Positions 11,973-25,100 of a DNA stretch of 64,000 nucleotides are shown here, in pieces. The translations under genes were made by a program, and so were the position numbers. How positions within the stretch are numbered: the stretch's first letter is position 1; every line of letters begins with the position of its first letter. The stretch covers positions 52,187,762 through 52,251,761 of the forward strand of contig NC_068993.1 in assembly GCF_001194135.2 (NCBI RefSeq), written 5' to 3'. The DNA is from Octopus bimaculoides (lineage: Eukaryota). The notes under the pieces were generated by a model. That model was not told the DNA's origin, did no database searches, and saw only the letters and a program-made list of their open reading frames with translations.

Positions 11973-12108
11973 CAGGGGCGGACTGAGCCGTCGGTCAATC
12001 GGGCACTGTCCAAGGGCCCAGAGCTCTCTCCATGTTAACTTTACTAAAACACACATTCAAAGGGGCCCGGTAAACAGTTATGCCTGAGGGCCCTCAAGTC
12101 CACCCCTG
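11973..12108. mobile_element. hAT-type MITE
   Basis: TIRs CAGGGGCGGACT / AGTCCACCCCTG. Flanking 8-mers TATATATG / TATGTATG (7/8). Confidence 0.7.
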
Positions 12109-12378
12109 TATGTATGTACATACATACATACATTTTTATGTGTATATATATACATACATGCACACAAAAACATATGCATACATATATATATATATGTGTA
12201 TGTGTGTATGTGTGTGTGTGTGTATATATATAAAAGTGAGATTAGAGGAATACTTGATCCGGTTGCATTCGCAACGATGAGTGGTTGTTGCAGCGGAAAC
12301 ACATGTAAGTCATTATGATATGCTGTATATAACTAAAAAATAAATTTTGTAATTGTATAAGTCTCCATAGTTTATTCT

Positions 12379-12438
<60 letters not shown>

Positions 12439-14080
12439 CACACACACACATTGTTGTTGGCACTCCGTCGCGGGTTCCAATTGATCCGATCAACGGAACA
12501 GCCTGCTTGTGAAATTAACGTGCAAGTAGCTGAGCACTCCACAGACACGTGTACCCTTAACGTAGTTCTCGGGGACATTCAGCGTGACACAGTGTGACAA
12601 GGCTGACCCTTTGAATCACAGGCACAACAGAAACAGGAAGAAAGAGTGAGAGAAAGTTGTAGTGAAAGAGTACAGAAGGGTTCGCCACCATCCCCTGCCG
12701 GAGCCTTGTGGGANNNNNNNNNNNNNNNNNNNNNNNNNNNNNNNNNNNNNNNNNNNNNNNNNNNNNNNNNNNNNNNNNNNNNNNNNNNNNNNNNNNNNNN
12801 NNNNNNNNNNNNNNNNNNNNNNNNNNNNNNNNNNNNNNNNNNNNNNNNNNNNNNNNNNNNNNNNNNNNNNNNNNNNNNNNNNNNNNNNNNNNNNNNNNNN
12901 NNNNNNNNNNNNNNNNNNNNNNNNNNNNNNNNNNNNNNNNNNNNNNNNNNNNNNNNNNNNNNNNNNNNNNNNNNNNNNNNNNNNNNNNNNNNNNNNNNNN
13001 NNNNNNNNNNNNNNNNNNNNNNNNNNNNNNNNNNNNNNNNNNNNNNNNNNNNNNNNNNNNNNNNNNNNNNNNNNNNNNNNNNNNNNNNNNNNNNNNNNNN
13101 NNNNNNNNNNNNNNNNNNNNNNNNNNNNNNNNNNNNNNNNNNNNNNNNNNNNNNNNNNNNNNNNNNNNNNNNNNNNNNNNNNNNNNNNNNNNNNNNNNNN
13201 NNNNNNNNNNNNNNNNNNNNNNNNNNNNNNNNNNNNNNNNNNNNNNNNNNNNNNNNNNNNNNNNNNNNNNNNNNNNNNNNNNNNNNNNNNNNNNNNNNNN
13301 NNNNNNNNNNNNNNNNNNNNNNNNNNNNNNNNNNNNNNNNNNNNNNNNNNNNNNNNNNNNNNNNNNNTTTCTACTTGTTTCAGTCATTTGACTTCGGCCA
13401 TGCTGGAGCACTGCCTTTAGTCGAGCAAATCGACCCCAGGACTTATTCTTTGTAAGCCTAGTACTTATTCTATCGGTTTCTTTTGCCAAACTGCTAAGTT
13501 ACGGGGACATAAACACACCAGCATCGGTTGTCAAGCGATGTTGGGTGGACAAACACAGACATACAAACATATACATACATATATATATATACATATATAC
13601 GACGGGCTTCTTTCAGTTTCCGTCTACCAAATCCACTCACAAGGCTTTGGTCGGCCCAAGGTTATAGTAGAAGACACTTGCCCAGGGTGCAACGCAGTAG
13701 GAAAGGCATCCAGCTGTAGAAAACAGACATTGAAGCATGATACAGCCCTTGGGTCTATTGTACCTGACCAAACCATGCAACTCATACCAACATGGAACAT
13801 GGATACTGAATGATGATTCTATACTTGTTTCAGCCATTTGATTGTGGCCATGCTGGAGCACTGCCTTTAGTCAAACAAATCAACCCTAGGACTTATTCTT
13901 TGTAAGCCTAGTACTTATTCTATTAGTCTATTTTGCCAAACTGCTAAGTTATGTGTGCACCTTGTTTACCATTTTGTCCATGTTCTTTTGCCACGTCATG
14001 TACCCAGTTATGTACCTATATGTACATGTGGATGAAGGTATATACATACATGTACATATATATGCATATACTCATATATT

Positions 14081-14127
<47 letters not shown>

Positions 14128-15210
14128 GCTTCTTTCAGTTTCTATCTACCAAATTCACTCACAAGGCTTTAGCTAGCCTGAGGTTATAGTAGAAGAAACT
14201 TGCCTAAGGTGCCACGCAGTAGGACTGAGCCCAGAACCATGTGGTTGGGAAGCAAGCTTCTTACCACACAGCCATGATGAGGTTAACAGAAAATTATATT
14301 TAATAAAAAAAATTACTTTATTCTTAAAGAAGTCAATGATTGGAATAAAGTGCACTTTTTTCTCCAGATTTTAGAAATATTACATTAACCTTTTCATTAT
14401 TATATTTTTCCAACAACAATACATCTCATTAAAACGAAAATCTTGCTTTAAATAGAAGTGGTATAAATATATTTGTGTTGGTGATATTTGAGTTTTTATA
14501 TACTCATTTCTATTGCTTGCTTATGCTTGTCCATTGGATCTGAAAATAACCAATTTCTCTTTAATTTCCAGAATCTTTTGATGTCTCAGTTCTTGATATG
14601 TTGCTTTGTTTGCAGATAAGAATGTAAATGATTGGTTGACTTGTTGATTACTTCGTTGGCTGGCTGGTTGGCTGGTTGGCTGGTTGTTTGGTTGGTTCAG
14701 AGGAGTTGGAGAAAGTGTAGCTTAGCATGAATGCTTCTTTCCTCACTTTGTCTGATCGTGCTCAATGTTTCTCTCCTCCATGCATTCATCTTTTTAACAG
14801 TGGAATCACCAAAATGAGTAGCAGCAACAAGATCTGCCACTTTTGAGGCATTGATAACGACACTCCTCAACATGGTCTTGAATCACATTTTAAAAAATTT
14901 CCAACCGGCTGTTGACTGCAGTTTAATTGATCAAAGAGGAAACACAAGAAGGATATGTGCACTAAGTGTCCTACGAATTCCAGTTAATACCTATATAATG
15001 TAGTTTTAATTCTGCTAGTTTCATGGATGATTTCTGTGTACATAACCCAATTTTATCAGGTGACTATCCAATGCTAGAGCAGCCCTGTCTCTCTCCAGCT
15101 GTTTACATCCTGGATGTTCTACTGAGTCAAAGATGGGAGAGCTGAAAGGATGTCTGTGTCTGTTTGGATCTACACAGGCACCTAAAACAATTAGCAAAAG
15201 CATGGGATAT

Positions 15211-15308
<98 letters not shown>

Positions 15309-15312
15309 TCTC
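15211..15312. repeat. (CT)n microsatellite, about 100 bp
   Basis: Seen directly. Confidence 0.95.
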
Positions 15313-15993
15313 AACAAAGGAGAAACAAAGCTTGACAACTATGGTATTAGCTTAATACTTTAATGTAAAACGAGAGTGTCTTAATGTTTTGAGCATTAGT
15401 CCTTCATCGCAAGAAAGAAAGAGAGAAAAATAGGAAAGAGAAAGAAAAATAGCCAGTGAGAAGAACAATTTTAAAAATCAGATGGGAATGGTGTTGTTCT
15501 ATCGGGTGGTTAGGAGTTAATAGGATAGGGAAGTTCAGGTTTATAGATGCAAGAATAAGAGTATATTCATGTCTGGAATTTGAAATACAAGGGATGGGGT
15601 GTGTGTGTGTGTGTGTAATCATTAGGTGGGTGGAGTGAAGGTATTTGTAAGAGGAGATGAGAATGGTGTGAATGAATGTGAGGGAATAAAGATATTGGTG
15701 AAACAAATGGAATGGTATGAGAAATATATACATATGTATGTACGTGTGTGTGTTTGTGTGCGTGTATTATGTTGGAAGGTAAGGTAAAATCCCAGCTGTT
15801 TCCTCTTGAAGAACATCTGCCTATTCCATTATTAAAATCCAATATGAAGTTGTTTTCTCTGTCGGAAGAATTTCTCATAGGAAATATTTTTACATGTCTA
15901 TCTAACGTAAAACTCTGTAATTCCTATTAGCAAATGAAACATGTGAAATGGTGAATAAATAATACCAATAAATTCTCCAGCTTGATGTTTTGT

Positions 15994-16025
<32 letters not shown>

Positions 16026-16480
16026 TAAATATATATATATATGCATGCACGCACAAACACACACACATACATGCAGGCACACATTCTATACACATACATA
16101 TGCATGCTTATGTGACAAACAATAAATGTTAAGAGATAAATTCCTGGTAAAAATCTAGCATCATTTCATAATATATTTTTATTTCATTTCCACTAGTTTC
16201 TACTAATGCATCTGGAGTGATGAATGCTCATAACATAACAACATCACTTTGCTGCTTCTCTGAATTAATCACCCTATGGGGGGATACCTTTGACCTTAAA
16301 AGGTCGTGCAATTGTCTACTTGTAATGGAACAATAAATATTTTATCATTATGTACGGTTATACATGTAGACATTATGTGTTGCTCTCTCTCTCTCTCTCT
16401 TTCCTCATCTCTCTCTGTCTCTTTCACTTTCTTTCAGTTGTACTTCTCTGCCTGTTGCTTTCCCTTTTGTTTTTAAATAC

Positions 16481-16536
<56 letters not shown>

Positions 16537-16815
16537 ATACATATTTCAAAACGAAGACATTATGTTTAATTCAGCAATAAAATGCTGGTTATAGCTGTAG
16601 AACAAGAATTCTGCTCCCATTTTACACTTCATTGTGCATGAGCACAAAAAAAGAAAATAGAAAAAAAGCTACAGCAAAGGAAAAAAAAAACCCATCTAGC
16701 TTGCATAGATCCATGCTGGTGGATTTGCAGTTTATTTTTTCTCAGTACCATAGTGATATCAAATTGGTGAGGAAGCTTCTACTTCAGTCACTTGGCCTGT
16801 TAATATAAGAGCATA

Positions 16816-17030
16816 GAAGGCTGTGAGCTGGCAGAAACGTTAGCACGCTGGCCAAAATGCTTAGCAGTATTACATCTGTCTTTACATTCTGAGTTCAAAT
16901 TCTGCTGTGGTTGACCTTGCCTTTCATCCTTTCGGGGTCGATAAATTAAGTACCAGGTGCATACTGGGGTCGATCTAATTGACTGGTCCCCACCCACAAA
17001 ATTTCAGGCCTTGTGCCTTGAGTAGAAAAG
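16816..17030 (+). mobile_element. OR-type SINE with 14-bp TSD
   Basis: TSD aatataagagcata at 16802-16815 and 17031-17044; family consensus in between. Confidence 0.85.
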
Positions 17031-18284
17031 AATATAAGAGCATACATTCTCTGTTTCTGTGTCTGTCTTTCTTTCTTTCTTTCTTTCTCTCTCTCTCTCT
17101 CTTTCTGACTGAATCTCCACTGTCTTAAGAATTGACTCTGTCTATCTAAGTGCCCCTTGGCACTTATCCCAAAATCAATACTAAGTTATCTACCACCCTC
17201 TTTGTGGACTTCGCGGAGGTAAGAACTATAATTTGTATTCACTGCCCACTTTTCAACATGCTTGTTTTTAAGTGAGCTCTTTGTAACTTAGAAGTTAATT
17301 TGACTCCTATTTCTAGTGAAGCTGATACTTTTCCAGCACCATAATTATATATATATATATATATCTTTAAACCTAAGGACAGATCTTCCTTTACCACAAT
17401 ATCCCCCTGCTTGTTTGTCATATCATCATTATGATCTTCATCATTTAATATTAGTTTTCTATGCTGGCATGGTTTGACGGGGGCTAGCAAGCCAGAGAAC
17501 TTCACCAGGTAACAATTGTCTGTTTTGACTGGGTTTCTGCAGCTGGATGCCCTTCCTAATACCAACTACTCTACAGAGTGCACTAGTTGCTTTTTATGTG
17601 GCACCAGCACAGGTGGTTTTTACGTGGCACCACGTCTAGTTATTTGAATTTCACTTTCCTGATCATCAGGTCAGTACTATGTATGTAGTCTGATGATTGA
17701 GAATGTGAAATTTGAATAAGTTGCTGTCAGGTCCCAGTTGCACTAAACATGTACAACTTTCACTCCCTGGTATTGAATACTGTTTGACCTTATCATCTGT
17801 ACCTATATACACTATAACCCCCACACACATATACATACACATATATAAATATACATACATATATGCTTGTTTGATTTTAAGCAAACGTAATGTTGGGGAA
17901 AACAGTTTTTCTTAAGGATGTTCTTTCTTATGCTTGTACACACTTACACACACACACACATGCATATGTATACACACACAAAACATGTATTTTTACACTC
18001 TCTGTGAAAGAGATTATTTGTGAATCACTACAGAGTATGTATTTATATAGAATTTAATCTATTTTTCAAGATGTGCACAGTTCCATTTGCAGCCTTACTT
18101 TTTATAGAAATATCTGGATTAAGAGATCAAGAAGTTTCCTGACTCAAAATAAATACAGTTCAGAATTGTCAGCTTTTGTTGAACATAGTTGGTCTTCTGG
18201 TGTTGCTATATTTACTAAAATGATGAATAGGTTATGTGTGGGTACACGTGTTGTGATGTCAAACTGATTAGCTTGATTGTTTTC

Positions 18285-18333
<49 letters not shown>

Positions 18334-18414
18334 ATATATATATATATATATGCATGTGTGTATATATANNNNNNNNNNTATATATATATATATATGTATG
18401 TATGTTTTCATATG

Positions 18415-18446
<32 letters not shown>

Positions 18447-19179
18447 AGTATATATATGTATATATATACATATGTATATAGGAATATGTATATACCATAT
18501 AGGTGTATGTATATATATATTAATATATATACATTAATATATATGCACATATATATATATTCACATACATTAAATACACACACACACACACATATATATA
18601 TGTATATATATACATGCACACAAACACACATATACATACATACATATATATACACACACACACACACATATATGTATATACACAGACACACGCATGTGCA
18701 CACGCACACATGCACAAAGAGTTTACATGACAAGCAGTCCTATTTATAAATAGTCACACACTTGTGGATGTTCATTTGACTAAGCAAAGGATTACCTATA
18801 CGGAATAACAGCAGCCTGAAATTATTGTCTACACCTCAGTGAATATCTATGAATGTCTTTTATATACATGTGTGCGACTACATATTTGTGTGTGCACGTG
18901 TGTGTAAGAATGCTTATATTCCATGTATCTTCATAGGACACCATTCAAGCAAAACAACGATGTGCTCACATCACCCATGTCAGCATTGAAAATTGAACAT
19001 ACAGATGTCACAAGCAAGTCAAGTACTGGCTCCATACAAATAACTTATATATATCATCATCATCGTTTAATGTCCGCTTTCCATGCTGGCATGGGTTTGA
19101 CGGTTTGACTGAGGACTGGTGAGCCAGAGGCTGCACCAGGCTCAATCTGATCTGATAAAATTTCCATGACTGGATGCCC

Positions 19180-19748
19180 TTCCGAAGATTTAGGAGGAAC
19201 TTCCTGGAAAGTTGCGAGGATTTAGGAGCAACTTCCTGGAAAATTGCGAGGATTTCCTGGAAAGTTCCGACGATTTAGAAACAACTTCCTGGAAAGTTCC
19301 GAAGATTTAGAAACTTCCGATGATTTCTTGGAAAGTTCCGAGGTTTTAGGAGCAATTTCCTGGAAAGTTCCGAGGATTTAGGGGTAACTTCCTGGAAACA
19401 TCCGAGGATTTCCTGGAAAGTTCCGAGGATCTAGGAGCAAATTCCTGAAATGTTCCGAGGATTTAAGATCAACTTCCTGGAAAATTCCGATGATTTCCTC
19501 GTAAGTTCCGAGGATTTAAGATCAACTTCCTAGAAAATTCCGGGAAATTTTCGAAGATTTCATGGAAAGTTCCTAGGATTTCCTGGGAAGATCCGAAGAC
19601 TTCCTTGTAAATTCCGAAGACTTCCTGGAAAGATCCGAGGACTTCCAGAAAAGTTCCGAGGATTTCATGTAAAGTTCCTAGGACTCCCTGCAAAGTTCCG
19701 AGGACTTCCCAGAAACTTCCAAAGGTTCATGGAAAGTTCCGAGGACTT
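19180..19748. repeat. Minisatellite of 21- and 32-bp units built on TTCCTGGAAAGTTCCGAGGA
   Basis: Units gatttcctggaaagttccgag (21 bp) and gatttaggagcaacttcctggaaagttccgag (32 bp) are interleaved. Confidence 0.95.
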
Positions 19749-21310
19749 GATCTCTTTTGTCTCCAAAAAACATTGAATGATGCTTTCTTCCTTCAAAGTT
19801 TGGTTTCCATTTTTTCTACATATTCCTCTTTTCACATCGTTTTTTTTTCTTTCTCTGGCAGGGCTTTGAAATTCTGTAAATAGTCCTTCAGTTATTATGT
19901 CTTTAAGAAGAACTTCTTTTACATCTGGATTGAAACTTAGACTTGCTTTCTCTAGTTCTACTATCTTATTATTACACTTTAACACTTCCTCTTCTTCCTC
20001 TTCTCTTCCTGTATAACCAATTGGTTTACTTCTGGTTGGGGATGCATGCTTTTATGCATGCTTTTATGCATTATAAGTTGCTTCCTTGTTTTCCCGTCAA
20101 TATCATTCAACTTATTTTAGATCCACTCAATAATTCCTGCCTCATATTTTATTACTAATACTTCCCTTTTGTTGATTGCTTATGTGATATTTCCCAAATT
20201 TAATTTGGATTTTAAAATCTTCTTTCTAAAAAGATATTCTCTATAGAAGACATTTTTGTTTCCATTACAGAATATTTTTTAAGAATTCTAAGGTAGTTAA
20301 ATTCTTCTTCTACATTTAATAATCATATATTATTATTATCAGGTTGATTCTTTCCAGCACTTACTATAGATTTTCCTTGCTTCACCTCCATCATAGCACA
20401 TTTCTCATTTCTGAAGGTGATCTCAGTATCACTTCTAAATTTTCTTAGAGTTTACACTATAGCATTCAGTTTAATCTTGTCTTTGTCAAAAAAAGCTTTA
20501 AGCATTTAAGCCAATAGCATCCAGCCCAAATGTTCTTCCTGTTTTATGTTCAAACCAACCAGATCTGGTCTCTCACCCCTTCCCTACAATGTCATTCCAA
20601 AAATAAACAACTACATCATTGAAATCTTGAAACAAGAGATAATACGTGATTAATTAATTCAAAACAATGTGAAGAAACAAGTATTAGATCTGACAGCATA
20701 ATTTGAATGCTAAAGGGTTAAATTGTCTGTAAACGTGAGCAGATTAACTTACTCCTAATCTATTCAGTAAGTATCCTTCCCTAGCTTTGTTTACTGCAAT
20801 CAACAAAGGGATTAATGTGCTTATGAACAACATAGGAGAGAGGCTGTTCTGTTGAAAGATTTCTTTTCTGATCTGTATTTTTGTTAATCTTTCACCTCCA
20901 AGTGTTATCTGTACTCTCCAACATCTTCTTGCATTTTGTAACAGACATCCAAGGTTTTCTGAGATCTTGAAGAGTTCTGGGAGCCACTTTTTCTATGTGT
21001 GTAGAATTAGATCATACAATTTTCTATTAGCATTTCATGCAATGCATAAATTTGTTATTTTCTTCTCTTTCTGCAATTCCTCAAAATCATCTTGGTGAAC
21101 AGTAATTTGTCTTTCATTTCTCTGCATTTTTTATTGTCTTTTTTTTATTGACTTCTTTGTTCATCAGATAAATAGGTGTTTCATATAAGTGCTGGTATAC
21201 ATCTTCTGCAATTATCCCTGATATGAGATTTCACATAAGTGGTAATAGATATGCATTTCAATGCAGCATTTCTTTTCAATGTCTTTCAGTATCAAGCAAG
21301 TTCCTCCTTT
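19749..21310 (-). mobile_element. Degenerate R4/Dong-clade (RLE) non-LTR retrotransposon, RT and thumb region
   Basis: Minus-strand KIQIRKEIFQQNSLSPMLFISTLIPL (about 20880-20805), then KKILKSKLNLGNIT*AINK..IKYEAGIIEW..NDIDGKTRKQLIMHKSMH (about 20230-20040). Interrupted by a MITE at about 20495-20720. Confidence 0.8.
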
Positions 21311-22078
21311 TGTTAATCATATTGATACATACCAGGCACAGACATGGCTCTATGATAAGGAGTTTGCTTTGCTTCCCATCCACATGGTTCCAGATTCAGT
21401 CTCATTGCATAGCACCTTCGGCTAATGCCTTAAGCTGATCAAAGCCTTGTCAGTGGATTTGGTAGATGGAAACTGAAAGAAGCCTGTTGTGTGTGTGTGT
21501 ATGTGTTTGTGCTTGTTCCCTCCTCCCCACTACTTGACAGCCAGTGTTAGTATGACTATGTCACTCTAACTTAGCAGTTCAGCAAGACAGACTGATAGAA
21601 TAAGTACCAGACTTTAAAAAATTTCACTTCTCAGAGTGCTTGATTTCACTTGCTCCAACTAATTTTGTAAGAGCAAACAACAACCTGTTGTCAAGGGTCT
21701 CAGAGATTCACACACGGTCTCTTTCCATGATATTTTAACATCCAGTCATCAAATCCTCACTGTCTCCAATAAAGCAGTTTTCTGATCATGTTCTACCCTC
21801 ATGTCAAGTCTAATTTTTCCAAATTTCTCAAACCCAGATGTTAATGCTCCTATCATCATCATCATCATCATCCTCTTCTTTCAATTCTGTTTTCATTTCT
21901 TGCTGAGTGTCTTCCTGACACCTAGGGTAAAGAAACTCTATATATTGGTAGGCCATTAAAATACACAAGCCAGATTGTTTATTTACAAAGTCATGTGATA
22001 GGATAAAAAATGGGTAAGAAAGACAGAAAAACGAAAAGAAGAAAGGAAAAAAGAAAACAGAAAAAAAGGAAAGAAAAT

Positions 22079-22440
22079 TCACAGTGACAATGCTTTTCTC
22101 AGTATATGTGACGTACCAGTTAAGGCAATCTTTTGCACTTCTTGTATGGCTGGTAAGCCAAGGATCATCCTCAAATAATTTTCAGTTCCTTTTGTAATCA
22201 TTCCAAGTGCTCCTACAACCACTGGTATTGTAACCATCTTGAGATGCCACATTTTTTCGATTTCAATCGGTAAATCTTTATATTTTCTGAGCTTATCAAA
22301 TTCTTTTGCCAAAATATTATGACCACAGGATATGGTCATGTCAATCAACGAACAAACTTTATTGTTTTGGTCTTTCACAACAATATCTAGTTTATTAGCT
22401 TTGATGGTCCAGTCTATATCATTAATATTAGTATTATTAT
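22079..22440 (-). mobile_element. R4/Dong-clade retrotransposon C-terminus (restriction-like endonuclease domain), 5'-truncated
   Basis: ANKLDIVVKDQNNKVCSLIDMTISCGHNILAKEFDKLRKYKDLPIEIEKMWHLKMVTIPVVVGALGMI..QKIALTGTSHILRKALSL* has the PD..D..KE.K..KY RLE layout, with the catalytic PD degraded to LD. Confidence 0.85.
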
Positions 22441-22677
22441 TTAAAGTGGTAGATAACAGAATCAGTAGAGAATTAGACAAAATGCCTTGCAGTATTTTGA
22501 TTATGTCGTTTTACTTTCTGAGTTTAAAATCTTGCTGAGTCATCTTTGCTTTTCATCCTTTCAAGATCAATGAAATAAGTACCAATCAATTATTGGAGTC
22601 AATTTAATCAACAGATCCTCCACTCACCCACACCTCCACACACACCTCCACACATACCTACACACACATTCATACAC

Positions 22678-22725
<48 letters not shown>

Positions 22726-22779
22726 TCATACCCACCGAGAAAAGAAATTTCTGGCTTTGTACCAATATTGTAAATCATT

Positions 22780-23151
22780 ATGTTGATAATATTGATGATG
22801 ATGATGACGACAATGATGATAACTACGATGATGACAATGATGATGACGATGATGGTGGTGACAATGATTATGATGATGATGAATGATGAGGACAATGACG
22901 ATAACGATGTAGATGATAATACACATGATGCTCATTCATGATGGTGGTGATGATAATGAAAATGCTCACCACTAACGCTAACATCGCCGTCATCACCACC
23001 GCAACCATTGACAAAGCATACTGCCAGTTAATTAAATAGTTGTACTTGGTCATTCTCATTGACAATTCTCTATACTCACACAGCCAGCCATTTGCATATA
23101 TTTTCAATAGATGTGTTTTTACCACTGCCTCTCCTCCTCCTCCTCCTCCTC

Positions 23152-23187
<36 letters not shown>

Positions 23188-23220
23188 ACTACTACTACTA
23201 CTACTACTACTACCACTACT
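22780..23220. repeat. (GAT)n, (CCT)n and (CTA)n trinucleotide arrays
   Basis: Seen directly. Confidence 0.9.
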
Positions 23221-23571
23221 AGAGTCCCAATTCGAGAATGTTTATTTGCTCACCATCCCTAGAAATAAATATCTCTTTCATTATATCAATAATTATTATT
23301 GAACAATATTTTATTAAATGATTCTTTCTAATATAACTTCATTAAATTTATTCTAGCTAGGATGGATTAAAGAATCATAATAATAGGAATATTAATAAAC
23401 AATAATTAAATAGCATCATTAAACAAGTTGAATAATTCAATTAAGAATAATTATAATTAAGAGTAACAAAATTAATATTGTAAAACAAAAAAAAAAGAAT
23501 AAACAGAAGCTAAAAACTGTAAAAATAAAAGATTTCCATTATTTTCTATTTGCTATTGTTTCACACTCTAG

Positions 23572-23664
23572 CATTCAACTTATTTTCTGAGCGTACTACA
23601 GTTTTTGTTGATATATCAAATTAAGCCTGCTATTGGTAAAAGAGTTAGTGAGTTATTGCCAAAG
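23572..23664 (+). CDS. Candidate cassette exon (93 nt, phase 0-0)
   Basis: Long pyrimidine tract ending ctctAG, donor aag|GTAATG. Single open frame HSTYFLSVLQFLLIYQIKPAIGKRVSELLPK. No homology recognised. Confidence 0.2.
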
Positions 23665-23752
23665 GTAATGTGAGAACTTAAAGTTTAGAAACTGCAGTGG
23701 TAGTAACTATTGGAATATCTTCAAGCCATGGGCTGAAGTTCAATACCTTTTT

Positions 23753-23784
<32 letters not shown>

Positions 23785-24048
23785 TTTTTTTNNNNNNNNN
23801 NNNNNNNNNNNNNNNNNNNNNNNNNNNNNNNNNNNNNNNNNNNNNNNNNNNNNNNNNNNNNNNNNNNNNNNNNNNNNNNNNNNNNNNNNNNNNNNNNNNN
23901 NNNNNNNNNNNNNNNNNNNNNNNNNNNNNNNNNNNNNNNNNNNNNNNNNNNNNNNNNNNNNNNNNNNNNNNNNNNNNNNNNNNNNNNNNNNNNNNNNNNN
24001 NNNNNNNNNNNNNNNNNNNNNNNNNNNNNNNNNNNNNNNNNNNNNNNN

Positions 24049-24087
<39 letters not shown>

Positions 24088-24508
24088 CTTGTTGAATATT
24101 CATACCTGTCAGAAAATCATTCACTGTGTTTTGTCATGGAGAAAATTGCTCACTATAAACAAATGGTACAAAAACACCAAAATCAGCTCGCTGCTCCCAC
24201 CTACTCCGACTGTGAGACGCTCAGTATCTCCTCTTCAGTTGAAAAAACCCAGACATACACATGTAGACATATATATATATATATGTATCTGTGTGTTTTT
24301 GTTTATCACTCACCACTGCTTGGTAACTGGTGTTGGTTTGTTTACATCCCCATAACTTAGTGGTTCAGCAAAGAGTGACTGGTAGAATAAGTACCGGGTT
24401 TAAGAAATAAGTACAGTGGTCAATTTGTTCAACTAAACCCTTCAAGGTGGAGCCCCAGCATGGCCGCAGTTCAATAGCTGAAACAAGTAAAAGATCTATT
24501 GGTTTTTG

Positions 24509-24539
<31 letters not shown>

Positions 24540-24789
24540 TTATTAATTTAAGGTGGCAAGCTTGCAGAATCGTTAGGAAACTGGACAAAATACTTAGTGA
24601 CATTTTGTCACCTACATGTTCTGAGTTCATTTTCTGTTAAGGTCAGTTTTGTTTTTTACCTTTTCAGGGTTGATAAATTAAGAACTAGTTGAGCACTGGG
24701 CTGATATAACTGACTTGAACCCTCCCACAAAATTTCAGGCATTGTGCCTATTGTAGACAGGATTATTTTTGGTTAAATTATTCTTCGTG

Positions 24790-25100
24790 TGATACATTCC
24801 CTTTTAATCTATCTTTCTCTTCATTCTTTAATTTACCCTACTTCTACTGCTCTAACTTATTATATCTTTCCCAAGGCTGCTAATCTGTATTAACGTCCAC
24901 CTTTTCCACCAAGGTTTCTGATAGTCCTTCTTTTGTCCTTTCTTTTCTTCCATATAGGTTGATGATATGTATTGAACATTAGAACTGACAGGACTTTCAC
25001 CGTTGAGAAATGCTGTGCATTTTAATATACAATTTTACAAGCTTTATTGAACATCATCATTTCGTAGTTTTTTTCCCTTTAACGCTGGGACATAATGCTT
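24790..25100 (-). mobile_element. R4/Dong-clade LINE fragment (region N-terminal to RT)
   Basis: Minus-strand KPWWKRWTLIQISSLGKDI..KLEQ..GKLK resembles the PxWKRRL..I..LRKDIS.L motif of this clade. Confidence 0.5.

Noticed and set aside
19180-19748. CRISPR-like look of the palindromic repeat array
   Set aside because: No unique spacers, units abut directly, and the context is eukaryotic with no cas genes.
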